A stretch of DNA of 64,000 nt from assembly GCA_014728035.1 (NCBI GenBank), contig WJMJ01000123.1, positions 40,299-104,298 on the forward strand, read 5' to 3'. The notes under the pieces were generated by a model that had not been told where the DNA came from, ran no database searches, and saw nothing but the letters and a program-made list of their open reading frames with translations. This stretch comes from Promethearchaeota archaeon. Lineage in GTDB: Archaea > Asgardarchaeota > Thorarchaeia > Thorarchaeales > Thorarchaeaceae. Positions within the stretch are counted from its first letter, which is position 1; each line of letters opens with the position of its first letter. Position numbers and translations under genes: made by a program. This document shows, piece by piece, positions 30,147 to 40,828 of the stretch.

Positions 30147-30790
30147 GATTTACTTCCTAACTCCTTCTTGAGTGATACTACAAAAGACTCGATGGTCTGT
30201 AATCTGAATTCTGCAATCTTCTTCGCTGTTTCTGTTTGCATACTGGAAGCTATTCTTCTGGCAGTCTTAAGATACGTTTCAAGTCCATTCTTGATGTCGA
30301 ATAGTGTTCTTCCTGGCCAAAGTCTGATCGAGTTGATGAAATAGTGGACAAGTCCAGTAGAACCTAGTTTCACCAATTTATCTGCTTCCCATAATATTTG
30401 TGCTTCCAATGAATCCAAAGGCGCATCAAGAAATAATCCTACATGTTTAGTGATGACTTCAGTTATCTTTTCAATGAGTGTTTTTTCAAAACCGATATCT
30501 TTCAGAATTCTACGTGCTTTTAATGCACTTTTTAATCCATGTTCTTCCACTCCCCCTAACCCTGGCTTTGCAATGTCATGTAGCCAAGCAGCAGGAACAA
30601 CTATCTCTAAATTTGCATTTTCCTTTCCAGCAAGGATTTTGGCTACTCGTACTACTTCCCTGACATGATCTAATCTATAATCAAATAGTGGTTGGTCGAA
30701 GTCGTTTTGAGTAGTTTTCCACTCCTTTATAGACTTCTCAGTTGTTAGGTCTGATACGATTTTTTCCAACTCCATTTCGATGGATCTCAT
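30143..30790 (-). CDS. HD-domain phosphohydrolase
   Basis: DH...AAWLHDIAK...H...EADKL. Confidence 0.85.
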   Translation of the reverse strand: MRSIEMELEKIVSDLTTEKSIKEWKTTQNDFDQPLFDYRLDHVREVVRVAKILAGKENANLEIVVPAAWLHDIAKPGLGGVEEHGLKSALKARRILKDIGFEKTLIEKITEVITKHVGLFLDAPLDSLEAQILWEADKLVKLGSTGLVHYFINSIRLWPGRTLFDIKNGLETYLKTARRIASSMQTETAKKIAEFRLQTIESFVVSLKKELGSKS

Positions 30791-30799
30791 GTCTTAACC

Positions 30800-31573
30800 T
30801 CATTTTATTCTTTGATATAACCTCAAAGTATTAGCTAGAATAATTTCTCTCAATTCTTCTTTTTCTCTTTGCAGTATTTTCGAAACTTCATCTAACGCAA
30901 TTGTGATATTGCTTGGAACATTTCTCTCCCCTTTTTCAGGTCCTAAAACAGGACTATCAGTTTCTAGCAATAATCGTTCGATTTCAATGGCTTTCACCAT
31001 CTTTTGCTTTTGACGAGACCTTACAATCGAAGTAGGTATTGAGAAATAATATCCTAGGTCTCTGGATGCTTTTTGAGCATAGCTTGACCTACCATCAAAA
31101 GCATGCATGTGAATGTTGACTGCTTCCATATCTTCTAAGATATCTAATGCTTTTTTCCCAGCTGATCGTGAATGAACTTGAATCGGAACTGATAATTCCC
31201 TAGCAATCTCAATCAAATTCTTGAATGCGTTTGCTTGGGCCTCTCTTTGACGATGATCTCGAATTCGGTAATGATCTAGTCCGATTTCTCCTACTGCAAC
31301 TATTTCATCCTTGTTCTTGGATATGAATTCTGATGCTTCTGAAACATATTGATATTGTATTGGGTCCAGTCCAATAGATAAAAACACAGTATCGTATTGC
31401 TTTGATATCTGATGTCCCTTTTCCCAGGTATCTGGTCTTATTGCTGAAGATATCATTCCAATTTTTTGGGTGGATGCTTTTTGGATAACCATATCAATTC
31501 TGCTGTTAAACTCATCATCTTCTAGGTGACAATGAGTGTCAATGAAATGAAACTCTTTTTTGACCATATACAA
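30800..31573 (-). CDS. tatD: TatD family nuclease
   Basis: IDTHCHL, VGEIGLD, VHSR, MHAF, LLETDSP. Confidence 0.9.
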   Translation of the reverse strand: MYMVKKEFHFIDTHCHLEDDEFNSRIDMVIQKASTQKIGMISSAIRPDTWEKGHQISKQYDTVFLSIGLDPIQYQYVSEASEFISKNKDEIVAVGEIGLDHYRIRDHRQREAQANAFKNLIEIARELSVPIQVHSRSAGKKALDILEDMEAVNIHMHAFDGRSSYAQKASRDLGYYFSIPTSIVRSRQKQKMVKAIEIERLLLETDSPVLGPEKGERNVPSNITIALDEVSKILQREKEELREIILANTLRLYQRIK

Positions 31574-31635
31574 ACATCACGTCCATAACTAATAGATGTG
31601 CTGACTTTAATGACTTATTTCTCAAATTCGCATCT

Positions 31636-32667
31636 TCATGGTGTATATCCAAGAAACTTCATTAGGTCAATAATTTGAGCTTCTTCAAGATGCTCTCTCC
31701 ATAATGAACGATCGTATTTCTTCCATTTATGAATCATATCTTTAGTGATTTTTTTATCATAATGATGAGTGGTACCAATATTTTCCAATTTTGAGGAGTC
31801 GTGGTATACTTCGTTAATAATCTCACTTGGAACCTCTAAAAAATTCGCTTTGCGATATATCTCTTCTATTGTTTTCTTTGGCTTTTCCACAAAGTCTTCA
31901 AATCGGATAGTTATCTGCATGTTCCCAGGAATTGTCTGCATATCTTTTAGCATCTGAATCGTATTGATTTTCCAGAGAATAAGGATGCGAATAGGAGGGA
32001 ATTTTGTTCTGGAATATTCCACTGCATCAGCCCAATCAGAATCATCTTTTAGTAAGTCCAAATATTCTTGGTAACAATAGATTGAGTGACATTTTCTTTT
32101 TTTCGTTGCGAATCTTCCTCTCTGTTTCAAAAAATCGATGCCAAAGGATATTGGAAGAAATCGTTTATCATATTTGATTAAATACTGAATCCGTCTAATG
32201 ATATCTTTGTAATCCGATATACCCTCGAGAAAATATTCTTTACTAGCTCTCCGTAGGTAGCTATGACAAACTGCTCTTGGATCTCTGATTAGATTGATGA
32301 AGAACACTTCTGGGAATCTATCTCTAATCCATGAACATCGTAACCCAATTCTTGTAAATTTAGTGATGCTGTTATTGACAAGTATTTTTTCCAAGTATTG
32401 CTTCAGCAATGGAAATTTTTCTTCTCTTCCCATCTTAATTTTTTCATAATTGAATTTGTGTGACCAGTATTCCATGATTTCTGGTATCTCTCTTATACTC
32501 TTCATTGCTGCATGTTGTTCAGATAATACTGGCAGTTCTTCATGTAAGGGTTCATAAAATCTATATTTATACACTGGATCACTACTAAGAATTCTCCAGA
32601 AAATACTTGTTCCACTTCTATACATTCCATTGATGACTACTGGATTCCTTGTCTGTTTGATAGCCAT
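31636..32667 (-). CDS. Sulfotransferase
   Basis: 5'-PSB loop GMYRSGTS, YEP, IRDPRAV..S, IRFEDF. Confidence 0.85.
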   Translation of the reverse strand: MAIKQTRNPVVINGMYRSGTSIFWRILSSDPVYKYRFYEPLHEELPVLSEQHAAMKSIREIPEIMEYWSHKFNYEKIKMGREEKFPLLKQYLEKILVNNSITKFTRIGLRCSWIRDRFPEVFFINLIRDPRAVCHSYLRRASKEYFLEGISDYKDIIRRIQYLIKYDKRFLPISFGIDFLKQRGRFATKKRKCHSIYCYQEYLDLLKDDSDWADAVEYSRTKFPPIRILILWKINTIQMLKDMQTIPGNMQITIRFEDFVEKPKKTIEEIYRKANFLEVPSEIINEVYHDSSKLENIGTTHHYDKKITKDMIHKWKKYDRSLWREHLEEAQIIDLMKFLGYTP

Positions 32668-32706
32668 ATAATCATCCTCGCTAACAACTTTTCAGTTCCA
32701 ATTCAT

Positions 32707-33537
32707 TCAGAAATACCCAAACTGTTTCATGAATGGCTCAATATCCATTCTTACCTTCTGTATTTGAGCGTTAGTAAGTTCGTCACGCCAACTATCAATC
32801 TTACCTTTATCGAATGTTCTCGTTCCACCATAAAGATTTGAAACTATCCGAGATAATTTTTCCTTAGAGATATCTATATTTAGATATTTAACCAAAGACT
32901 GAATTACTTCCTGCTGTATCTGTTTGCTACCTCCTCCTTTTGGTCCTATTATACTTTCAAATTTTACAATATGTACTTCTTCTCTCAACCAAGGTTGAAT
33001 TGCATTATAACAAGCTTGCAAAGATGGAAATGAGCATTCTTCTCCAGAATACCCTTCTATTAGAATATCAAAAGCTGTTTCTTCATCTACTTTTTTCAGT
33101 ATCTTATAAGCAGGATTTCTTTCTTTTTGTTTCATTATGTAATGAAATCTTGAACGCAATACTGCTAGAGGATTTCTAATGGTTAAGACTAACTTGTACT
33201 TCAAAGAGAGAGCTTTGTTCAGAATAACATCTGAATATCCTAAATGCCCTTGGATAAATTGGCCATCCTCAGTTATTTGAAATAACTTATCAATTGCTTC
33301 TCGCTGAAATTCGGATGGATTCATTATTCCGATAATATACCCTCTTCGGTCATCAAATTGTTTTCGTATTTTTCGTGATAATTTAGAATATCTGGAGCGA
33401 ATTCTCCCCATTTCACGACGTAACACAACTCCTCTATAATCTAGGCTTCCTGACATCTTCATTCCAAATCTATTCAAGAGCTTAACTATTAGATTTGTCC
33501 CAGATTTTGGCATGGTGTTAAGCAGTAGTCTAGTCAA
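32707..33537 (-). CDS. Sulfotransferase domain protein
   Basis: TMPKSGTN, GHL, IRNPL, TFDKGKIDSWR. Confidence 0.85.
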   Translation of the reverse strand: MTRLLLNTMPKSGTNLIVKLLNRFGMKMSGSLDYRGVVLRREMGRIRSRYSKLSRKIRKQFDDRRGYIIGIMNPSEFQREAIDKLFQITEDGQFIQGHLGYSDVILNKALSLKYKLVLTIRNPLAVLRSRFHYIMKQKERNPAYKILKKVDEETAFDILIEGYSGEECSFPSLQACYNAIQPWLREEVHIVKFESIIGPKGGGSKQIQQEVIQSLVKYLNIDISKEKLSRIVSNLYGGTRTFDKGKIDSWRDELTNAQIQKVRMDIEPFMKQFGYF

Positions 33538-33711
33538 GATATCATCAATACTCCAAGGTAGTTCTCACCTAATCGGTAATTATTCGGATTCCATATTGAT
33601 GATAAACATTTTCAAAGTGATATTTTATTTGAAGACTTTTTATTTCAGTTATACAATTATCATTCAGCAAAATGTACTTTAAGGCATCCTTAATGCTCAT
33701 CCTGAGGATGA

Positions 33712-34761
33712 ATGAATTTGAGAGTTCTTCATGTAGTTCAATCTAACAAACCTCCGCAGTTTGTTGTTAAGGATACAATCTATCTTAAGAAATTAGCAAA
33801 CATAGATTCGGAAATCCTACTTGCTCCGCGGTATGGTTCTTTAAAGAGACTTTTTCTCACAATTTTCCAATCCCTCAAAGCAGCTATGAAGATTATCCGT
33901 CATAGACCTGATGTCATTCATTTTCACTTTCTAAGCTCTACTTTACCTGATATTCTCCATTTCACTCCTAGTATCATTTCGATCCAGGAATCATTCAGCT
34001 GGTATCCGAAATGGTGGTTAGCCATATTCAAAATTCTTGCATCTCGTTCTAAAACAGTCTATATTTCGGAGCATAATAGAGATATGTGGACTCCGACTCT
34101 TAAAAAGAAAGGACGACTCATTTATCATGCAGTTGATGCATCAGTTTTCAATCCAGAACGATACAATCCTGAACTAAGAGATCAATTGAAACAAGAATTA
34201 GGTATTGATTATCTTATTATGCTCATGGGTCCATTTAACCCAACTCGCGGATATGAATTAGCTATTAAAGCGTGTCAGATTATTCGTAAAAAAGGAATCA
34301 ATGCTGGTATTGTTTTCAAAGGGTATGGTCACGGAGTTTCTTATAAAGAAAAAATGGTGAAACTTGCTGAAGAACTAGAAGTTCCTATGAAGCTCGTTAC
34401 TCGATATCTTACAGAGGATGAATTAATTGAATACTATGCGAGTAGTGAAGTATTCATTCGTCCAGGTATTGCTGAAGGTTTCGGGATTGCCGTTCTTGAA
34501 GCTCAAGCATGCGGCACACCTGTTATTGTAACTGAATGTTGCAGCCTAAAAGAAATTTTCAAGGATTCTTCATTGAAATTCAGACCTTTTGATCAAATCA
34601 CACTTGCAGAACATCTAGAAGCGCTCTATCATAATGAAAGCCTTCGAGAAGATATGATTCAAGCTGGTTTGAAAAATGCCGAGTACTTCTCATGGGATCG
34701 AAAGATTGCTGGGTACATTAAAGCATACCGTGACGCAATTGAAGAATCACTCTTAAGATAG
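33712..34761 (+). CDS. Glycosyltransferase family 4
   Basis: EGFGIAVLEAQACGTPVI, FSWDR. Confidence 0.9.
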   Translation: MNLRVLHVVQSNKPPQFVVKDTIYLKKLANIDSEILLAPRYGSLKRLFLTIFQSLKAAMKIIRHRPDVIHFHFLSSTLPDILHFTPSIISIQESFSWYPKWWLAIFKILASRSKTVYISEHNRDMWTPTLKKKGRLIYHAVDASVFNPERYNPELRDQLKQELGIDYLIMLMGPFNPTRGYELAIKACQIIRKKGINAGIVFKGYGHGVSYKEKMVKLAEELEVPMKLVTRYLTEDELIEYYASSEVFIRPGIAEGFGIAVLEAQACGTPVIVTECCSLKEIFKDSSLKFRPFDQITLAEHLEALYHNESLREDMIQAGLKNAEYFSWDRKIAGYIKAYRDAIEESLLR

Positions 34762-34763
34762 AC

Positions 34764-35318
34764 TCAAGCATCATCTGTTGCATCTGAAGATTTTGCTTTT
34801 ATCTCCAAAAAATCTGACATGTTGTGATCAATCATGTATTTCTTTCTGAGCGCAATTGCTTTTTCGATATCATCTTTTCTTTCTGCAGTGAATTTGCTTA
34901 GTTTTGCATAGTACTCTTTTGTTTCCTGAATTTCCGTATCATCAATCTCTAACTTCTTTGCAATTCTCTGGCTAGCTGTTAGTAATGATGAAAAGAGTGG
35001 AAACCAGAAAATTTCTTCTTTTGGGCTTGGGACATATTGGTATGGATTCCGCTCTGTAGTTACTTCTCCAGATGGAGCCCACATAACAAGAACCCTATCA
35101 TACACATAACCTAGGATTAGAAAGAACACTAAAGCTGTAGCTGCAAAAGCAAAAGGCCCCCACGTTCCCATATCCTCAAAGAGAGGAATATAGATGAAAT
35201 AGGAGTATGCAAGTAACAATGTACTATAAAAGAGACCCCAGATTCCTCTAACTTGAACAATTCTCCATTGTTGTTTCATTAACCATTTCTTAATTCTCAC
35301 TTTTTGTTCCTCCCTCAA
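34764..35318 (-). CDS. Uncharacterised 2-TM protein (one WLMKQ...YD...W...RNPY unit)
   Basis: Paralogous to both halves of 35315-36352; start overlaps that gene's stop. Confidence 0.7.
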   Translation of the reverse strand: MREEQKVRIKKWLMKQQWRIVQVRGIWGLFYSTLLLAYSYFIYIPLFEDMGTWGPFAFAATALVFFLILGYVYDRVLVMWAPSGEVTTERNPYQYVPSPKEEIFWFPLFSSLLTASQRIAKKLEIDDTEIQETKEYYAKLSKFTAERKDDIEKAIALRKKYMIDHNMSDFLEIKAKSSDATDDA

Positions 35319-36352
35319 ACTGTTTCAAATAGTGTACCAAATTCACGACTATTCGATTTCGCTTTCTGCATGTTTTGATTTGTGCTAATATTCAATTCTG
35401 TGTATTCTCGTAAGTATTCTACTGTCTTCTCTAGATCTGACTTATCACAATCTAATTTATCGCATAATTCTATGTAAAACTGTAAGATTGCATAGAAGAA
35501 TGGAATATACATAGTATACTCTTTTGGAGCTGGAAGATATGTATATGGATTACGTTCCACCTGTACTGCGATATCAGATCTCCACACTGACAATTTTTTG
35601 TCATAGTACCAACCAGCTATTGCTACCACTGAAACAATTGGGATAGATATTAGTGCGACACCAGTTATCAACAAGAAGAAGGGTAATCTGTTATCTACTA
35701 CCAGTGTGGGAAATATCAAAGTAAGATAGAATGCTCCTAAAACCATGATGTCCTGAAATAGACCTGTCAAAGCCTGAATCCATGTTAATCTCAACATATT
35801 GTCTTCAAAGGCACCTTTTGCTCTTCCAATCAAACCAATTTTCGGCATGTCTTCTATTTCTTCTTTGATAAAAGGGTGTTCTTTCATGTATTCTTTTGAT
35901 GCTGAATGACTATCGAGTAAATCGCTCTTTTGGATTCCCCGATTGAAATAGGTTATGAAATAATTTGGCAGTTGCGTCAGACTGCTATTCTTTATACCAA
36001 GCTTTTTCTGAAATTGAATTAGTGTCTTTATCAATATGTAGAATATAGGATATTCAATAGCTTTACTCCTAAAGTTGGGTATATATGAATAAGGATTTCT
36101 TAAAATTTTAGCTCTGATACTATAACTCCACATTACTGCTTTTACATCATAATACCAACCTATGCCCATAAACAAAAGAATCAGTATTGATCCTAAGAAA
36201 ATAGCACCAAAAACTCCCCAGTCTTGGATGATTGGAATATATCCATAATACCAGCGGCCGAGAACCATCATTCCCAATGCAAGACTTAGTAATGTTCTAA
36301 TTTGTCCCATTCGCCAATATTGCTTCATGAGCCATTTTGAAATGCTGACCAA
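35315..36352 (-). CDS. Uncharacterised membrane protein with an internally duplicated 2-TM/RNPY unit
   Basis: GWYYD...W...RNPY.Y.P occurs twice; GGAGG RBS. Confidence 0.7.
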   Translation of the reverse strand: MVSISKWLMKQYWRMGQIRTLLSLALGMMVLGRWYYGYIPIIQDWGVFGAIFLGSILILLFMGIGWYYDVKAVMWSYSIRAKILRNPYSYIPNFRSKAIEYPIFYILIKTLIQFQKKLGIKNSSLTQLPNYFITYFNRGIQKSDLLDSHSASKEYMKEHPFIKEEIEDMPKIGLIGRAKGAFEDNMLRLTWIQALTGLFQDIMVLGAFYLTLIFPTLVVDNRLPFFLLITGVALISIPIVSVVAIAGWYYDKKLSVWRSDIAVQVERNPYTYLPAPKEYTMYIPFFYAILQFYIELCDKLDCDKSDLEKTVEYLREYTELNISTNQNMQKAKSNSREFGTLFETV

Positions 36353-36450
36353 TATGGTTCCTCCATTCTCTTACTGCGAATCCAATTTGCTGGGTTAATA
36401 ACTTAATCTCTTTTAACACGGATACTATATGAAATTAATGAGCATCTGAA

Positions 36451-37845
36451 TCATGTACTATCTTTCATGTACTCTGGTGCAATTTCAGATCTTACGAAAA
36501 CTAGTTTTCCAGATCTAGTTTGAGGTAGTTCAGATTCTTCAACCTCTTCAAACTCTATTGTGACAGACTCTCCCAGAAATTCTTTCATCGCAGTTTCCAA
36601 ATCATCTAATTCTTTTTCTTTGAATTGTTCGTTTGGAACAATCTTGATTTGAAGCAGTTCAATACTTGGCTGATGGGCATAGAATCTATCAAATCCTTGG
36701 ACTTTTCTGAAAATATGCGGAATAAATACACCTGGTAATAATTTACCATCAGTACTAACCACGAAATCATATGTTCTACCCACTACACTTTCAAGGGTAG
36801 TTAGTTTTCTCCCACATTTACAACTCCGAGAAGTATTTCTTACAATATCTCCCAAATCATATCTGATAAACGGCATAGTATAATTATCAAGATTGGTTAC
36901 GATAGCTGGAGTGAGCTCTGGTCTATCGAAACCTAATGATTTAGTTTCAACTATTAGATGTTCATCATTGATATGATACAATTCCTTTTCTTCACATTGG
37001 TTAGCAATTGAATAAATCTCGCCAGAACCGTATTGGTCAAACACATCCACAGCAAGACCTTCTTCAATGTCACTTCTTTGAAAATCGTACAATCTCTCAG
37101 CTGTTGTAATTGCAATCTCGAATTGTTTCAATATCTTATGATTCTTCATTGCAAATCTTGAAAGAATCCACAGTGCTGATGGATATCCTCTAAGGATTCT
37201 AATTGGATTTTTTTCGAGTATTGATTCAATCTTGCTTATCTGTTTATCATCCAATGAAAATGCTTGAATGAAAAATCTTCCCTCTATTCGGTCACGAAGT
37301 TCAGTAATCATTGTTCGCAAATTTCGTTTACGTAGTATTCCTCCTAGCGAACCTCCAGCAACCGTCATTACTGATTCTCCCAATTCCATTCCAATCCATG
37401 AGTAAAATCGTCTCATACAAGCAGTTGCCCATGCTTCGGTATTTCGGTCTCTATACAATTGAATTGGTAATCCAGTTGATCCTCCAGTATGTCCCTTAAT
37501 TCTATCCCTTTGTTGGGCGTTTCGAGAAATAATTGATCTTGCATACTTGCGAACATCATCTTTAGTAAGAATTGGTATCTTTTCTAAATCTTGTAATTCT
37601 TTAATATCTGATGGGACTATGCCTGCATTTCTGAATGCTTTCTGATAATATGGCACATGGGTATATGCATGCTTTACCAGCTTTTTCAGTTTCTGGAGCT
37701 GGAACTCTCTTAGCTTATCCAGACTCCACCATTGACTCTTGAGAAGAAAATTTGTCTTCTCTTTCATTCCTGTTCCATGATAGAGGTCTGAAAATCTATA
37801 TATTGCCTTAGTCAAGAGTCGCATAGCATCACAGAAAGTAGACAA
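36451..37845 (-). CDS. Phenylacetate-CoA ligase/CapK-like adenylating enzyme
   Basis: TGGSTGLP, GYPS, DQYGSGE, MPFIRYDLGD, GRTYD, SGK. Confidence 0.85.
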   Translation of the reverse strand: MSTFCDAMRLLTKAIYRFSDLYHGTGMKEKTNFLLKSQWWSLDKLREFQLQKLKKLVKHAYTHVPYYQKAFRNAGIVPSDIKELQDLEKIPILTKDDVRKYARSIISRNAQQRDRIKGHTGGSTGLPIQLYRDRNTEAWATACMRRFYSWIGMELGESVMTVAGGSLGGILRKRNLRTMITELRDRIEGRFFIQAFSLDDKQISKIESILEKNPIRILRGYPSALWILSRFAMKNHKILKQFEIAITTAERLYDFQRSDIEEGLAVDVFDQYGSGEIYSIANQCEEKELYHINDEHLIVETKSLGFDRPELTPAIVTNLDNYTMPFIRYDLGDIVRNTSRSCKCGRKLTTLESVVGRTYDFVVSTDGKLLPGVFIPHIFRKVQGFDRFYAHQPSIELLQIKIVPNEQFKEKELDDLETAMKEFLGESVTIEFEEVEESELPQTRSGKLVFVRSEIAPEYMKDST

Positions 37846-37951
37846 TCCAGAATCGGATTTAAAGTATACCCAATTGATGAATATGCCTTCATGGAGATAG
37901 TAGATTGAATCGAGAATTGTACCTAATTATTCTGTATGGGAGTATCCTCTA

Positions 37952-39130
37952 ATGCCACGATTACTCATTGTTTCATATGCATATCCACCTTTAGGTGGCA
38001 TTGCTATCATACGTGCTCTCACTCTTGCAAGGAAGGCAATGGATGAAGGTTGGGAAGTAGCTTTTCTTGCAGTTGCTAACGACCCGCTCTATTTAAGAGA
38101 TGAATCCCTTTCAACCAAGGCCCCTGCAGTCTATGCTTATAGATATCCGATCTACTTGATTACGAATCGATTCTTACGGCGCTTACTTCCTGGAAAACGA
38201 CTTCTTTGGTCTTTTCTGGATTCTTTCTACGATTGGGTTCCTGATGCAGTACATGTAGGAAAAAAACTCTACAAGAAGTGGCCTTATGACGTAATTTTTG
38301 CCTCAGCTCCACGGTTCTCCTCGCTAAGAGTTGCAAGGAAGCTCAAGGAATCACTTAACGTTCCCGCCGTTGCGGATTTACGTGATTCATTCATTTACAA
38401 CTTTGCAATTGATTATATCCACCCATGGATTCGACGATTTTGGCATATCTACTATCACAATCTCCTCTCAAAATTCGATAAGATTACCGCAGTTGATTAT
38501 AATGCTATTCGGGGTATCAATCTTCCACATGAAATTATATACAATGGATTTGACGAGGAAGAGTTTTCTGGAGATATCCAGAAATTTGAAACATTCACTA
38601 TTGGTCATATTGGAACAATTTATCCGCAATACCGGATTGAATCTTTAATCAAGGGGATTCTAAAAATACCCTTAGAGTTACGAAATAGAATGCGGGTTTT
38701 ATTTGTCGGTGATAACACTGATGTCATAAGGAAAATGAAGAACAAAATGAATCTTGATTTTATTGAAGTTAGATCTCGTGTACCTCGTGATGAAGCGATT
38801 GAGATTATGAGGAGATGTCACGTATTACTTGTACTCTCAGGAGCAGTGACTGATGCACTAGGTGCAAAAATTTTCGAATGCGCAAGAACTGGAGCAACAG
38901 TTTTGAACTTTGCAAAACCCGGAAGCATTCCATGGAAATTTGCAGAAGAAACAGGGCTTGCTCATAATGTAGCATTTGACAGACCCAGAGAGATTGCGAA
39001 GGCAATTGTTCACGCATCCAAACGAGAATCATTTGATCCCCCAAAAAACATACAGCAATATTCACGGGATGCAGCTTCCGAACAACTGCTGGATATTCTA
39101 TCGGACTTGGTGAAATCAAGTAGACATTAA
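37952..39130 (+). CDS. Glycosyltransferase family 4-like
   Basis: YAYPPLGG, ADLRD, IYNGFDEE, KIFE, YSR. Confidence 0.8.
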   Translation: MPRLLIVSYAYPPLGGIAIIRALTLARKAMDEGWEVAFLAVANDPLYLRDESLSTKAPAVYAYRYPIYLITNRFLRRLLPGKRLLWSFLDSFYDWVPDAVHVGKKLYKKWPYDVIFASAPRFSSLRVARKLKESLNVPAVADLRDSFIYNFAIDYIHPWIRRFWHIYYHNLLSKFDKITAVDYNAIRGINLPHEIIYNGFDEEEFSGDIQKFETFTIGHIGTIYPQYRIESLIKGILKIPLELRNRMRVLFVGDNTDVIRKMKNKMNLDFIEVRSRVPRDEAIEIMRRCHVLLVLSGAVTDALGAKIFECARTGATVLNFAKPGSIPWKFAEETGLAHNVAFDRPREIAKAIVHASKRESFDPPKNIQQYSRDAASEQLLDILSDLVKSSRH

Positions 39131-39164
39131 CAATTTATGTCTGAACACGAGATGAGAATCGTTA

Positions 39165-40592
39165 TTAATCTCGTGTCCAGATACTAAAGGTTCCACCCTG
39201 TGAAGTATACAGTAATGAAAATCCATCTGCAGATGGATTCCACCAATCTTCTATACTCCTATTTCCCTTATGTTGGATTATCATTGAAACATTATTTACA
39301 ATCAGTTGATTGTATTCCGTTTTATTGCTTGGTATTTCCAATACTGTATCTCGCCCGTACGGGTAGATGAATGTGATCCAGTTTGTTAGAATGATCTCAC
39401 CCTCACTTAAATTTCCATCAATTATTGTTCTTACTTCTGCAATCTCTTGGTAAAATGAAGAAGTTCTGTATTCAGTGAGAACAACTCCTGCGAGAACACA
39501 ATTTCCCAATAACATAATAAGAACTGCACCAATGAAAATCTGGTCTGATTTGAAGAGGTTGTTTAGTTCTATTGCAGCAAGCATTACTGTTCCTGCAATC
39601 CATGGGAAAGCTAATCGCACAAAAAGACCACCAGATCCAAGGTCAAAATTGGACAGATGAAATGTATCCAATCTTAGAACTATTTGAATAAAAACTGGAA
39701 CTATCAACCATAAGGCTAGGACAATTAGATTGAGTCTTCGCCCAATCAACCCACGGGTTATCCCTGTTATGAATGGTAAAATCATAGAAACCAAAAGATA
39801 TCCAAGTACTAGTCCTGAAACCATAATGAATTCAAAAGGGGTTGGTGCTGCGGCAAGATTAGACGAATTGACTTGGGAGTATAATTCTAAGAATCCTAAA
39901 GGGGTACCAGTTGTGTAAATACTAAGAACTGGTAACACAAGAACTACAATACTCATTCCTACAAACGAAACAATGTATAACTTCAAGTCTTCGATTATTG
40001 TTTGATAGAATATTGCAGCTAGAAATACTGGTATCACTAATAGAACTGCTGTAAATCGTGTGAGAATTGATAGTCCAAGAAAGATACCTGCTAGAAAATA
40101 GTCTTTAATATTCCTGTTTTCTTCAGAAAGTTTCATAGCTTTTGGAATCACAATTGCAAGGAAGAAGTTCCCAAATAGAATCATCAGCGACTCACTCATA
40201 ATTCGGCCACCAAGATTCAACCAAATTATAGGTAAAGAAAGAGTGAGTAAATATGCTAAATTTGCTTCTTTTTCATCAAGCACCTTGTTATACAGTTTCC
40301 AGAAAGAGAATAACATTCCAATTCCTATAAGCCATGATGTTATTTCAGCAACAATTGGGGAATATCCTGTGATCAGGAAAATAATACCCAACAGCATTGG
40401 CCAAAGAGGTGGTCGATATTGCTCAAATTGCATTATTAACCCCTGTTCAGCAAGCTCTCTTGCTTGGGTTATGTATACAACTTCATCCCAAGACAGAATA
40501 TGGGGGTCAAGCATGGCTAGACGTTTTGCTAACGTGATAACCAGAACAGCAATCGTGAAAATTAGTAGCCAGTTCTTTTTGATTTCCTCCAT
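39165..40592 (-). CDS. GT-C fold glycosyltransferase (GT39/ArnT/PMT-like)
   Basis: WDEVVY...RPPLWP, MSE, LSILTR; multi-TM. Start refined to MEEIKK. Confidence 0.8.
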   Translation of the reverse strand: MEEIKKNWLLIFTIAVLVITLAKRLAMLDPHILSWDEVVYITQARELAEQGLIMQFEQYRPPLWPMLLGIIFLITGYSPIVAEITSWLIGIGMLFSFWKLYNKVLDEKEANLAYLLTLSLPIIWLNLGGRIMSESLMILFGNFFLAIVIPKAMKLSEENRNIKDYFLAGIFLGLSILTRFTAVLLVIPVFLAAIFYQTIIEDLKLYIVSFVGMSIVVLVLPVLSIYTTGTPLGFLELYSQVNSSNLAAAPTPFEFIMVSGLVLGYLLVSMILPFITGITRGLIGRRLNLIVLALWLIVPVFIQIVLRLDTFHLSNFDLGSGGLFVRLAFPWIAGTVMLAAIELNNLFKSDQIFIGAVLIMLLGNCVLAGVVLTEYRTSSFYQEIAEVRTIIDGNLSEGEIILTNWITFIYPYGRDTVLEIPSNKTEYNQLIVNNVSMIIQHKGNRSIEDWWNPSADGFSLLYTSQGGTFSIWTRD

Positions 40593-40828
40593 TATACGCA
40601 ATAATAGCACCTCTCTTTTATGGTTGAATCCAAACCGAAATAATCCGTTTTCCAAGTGATTGATTGGGTCTTTTAGGTTTATTGTACTAAAAGGCCAATA
40701 TATTGCCAATGATTCAAAACTATGAGTGAATAGAAGGTTTATTTGGAACTAGAAACTCTCCAACATATTCTGTAGTTGCAGACTAGGCATTATCAACTAT
40801 CTCAAAATGGCTCTGAAGGATTGATACC

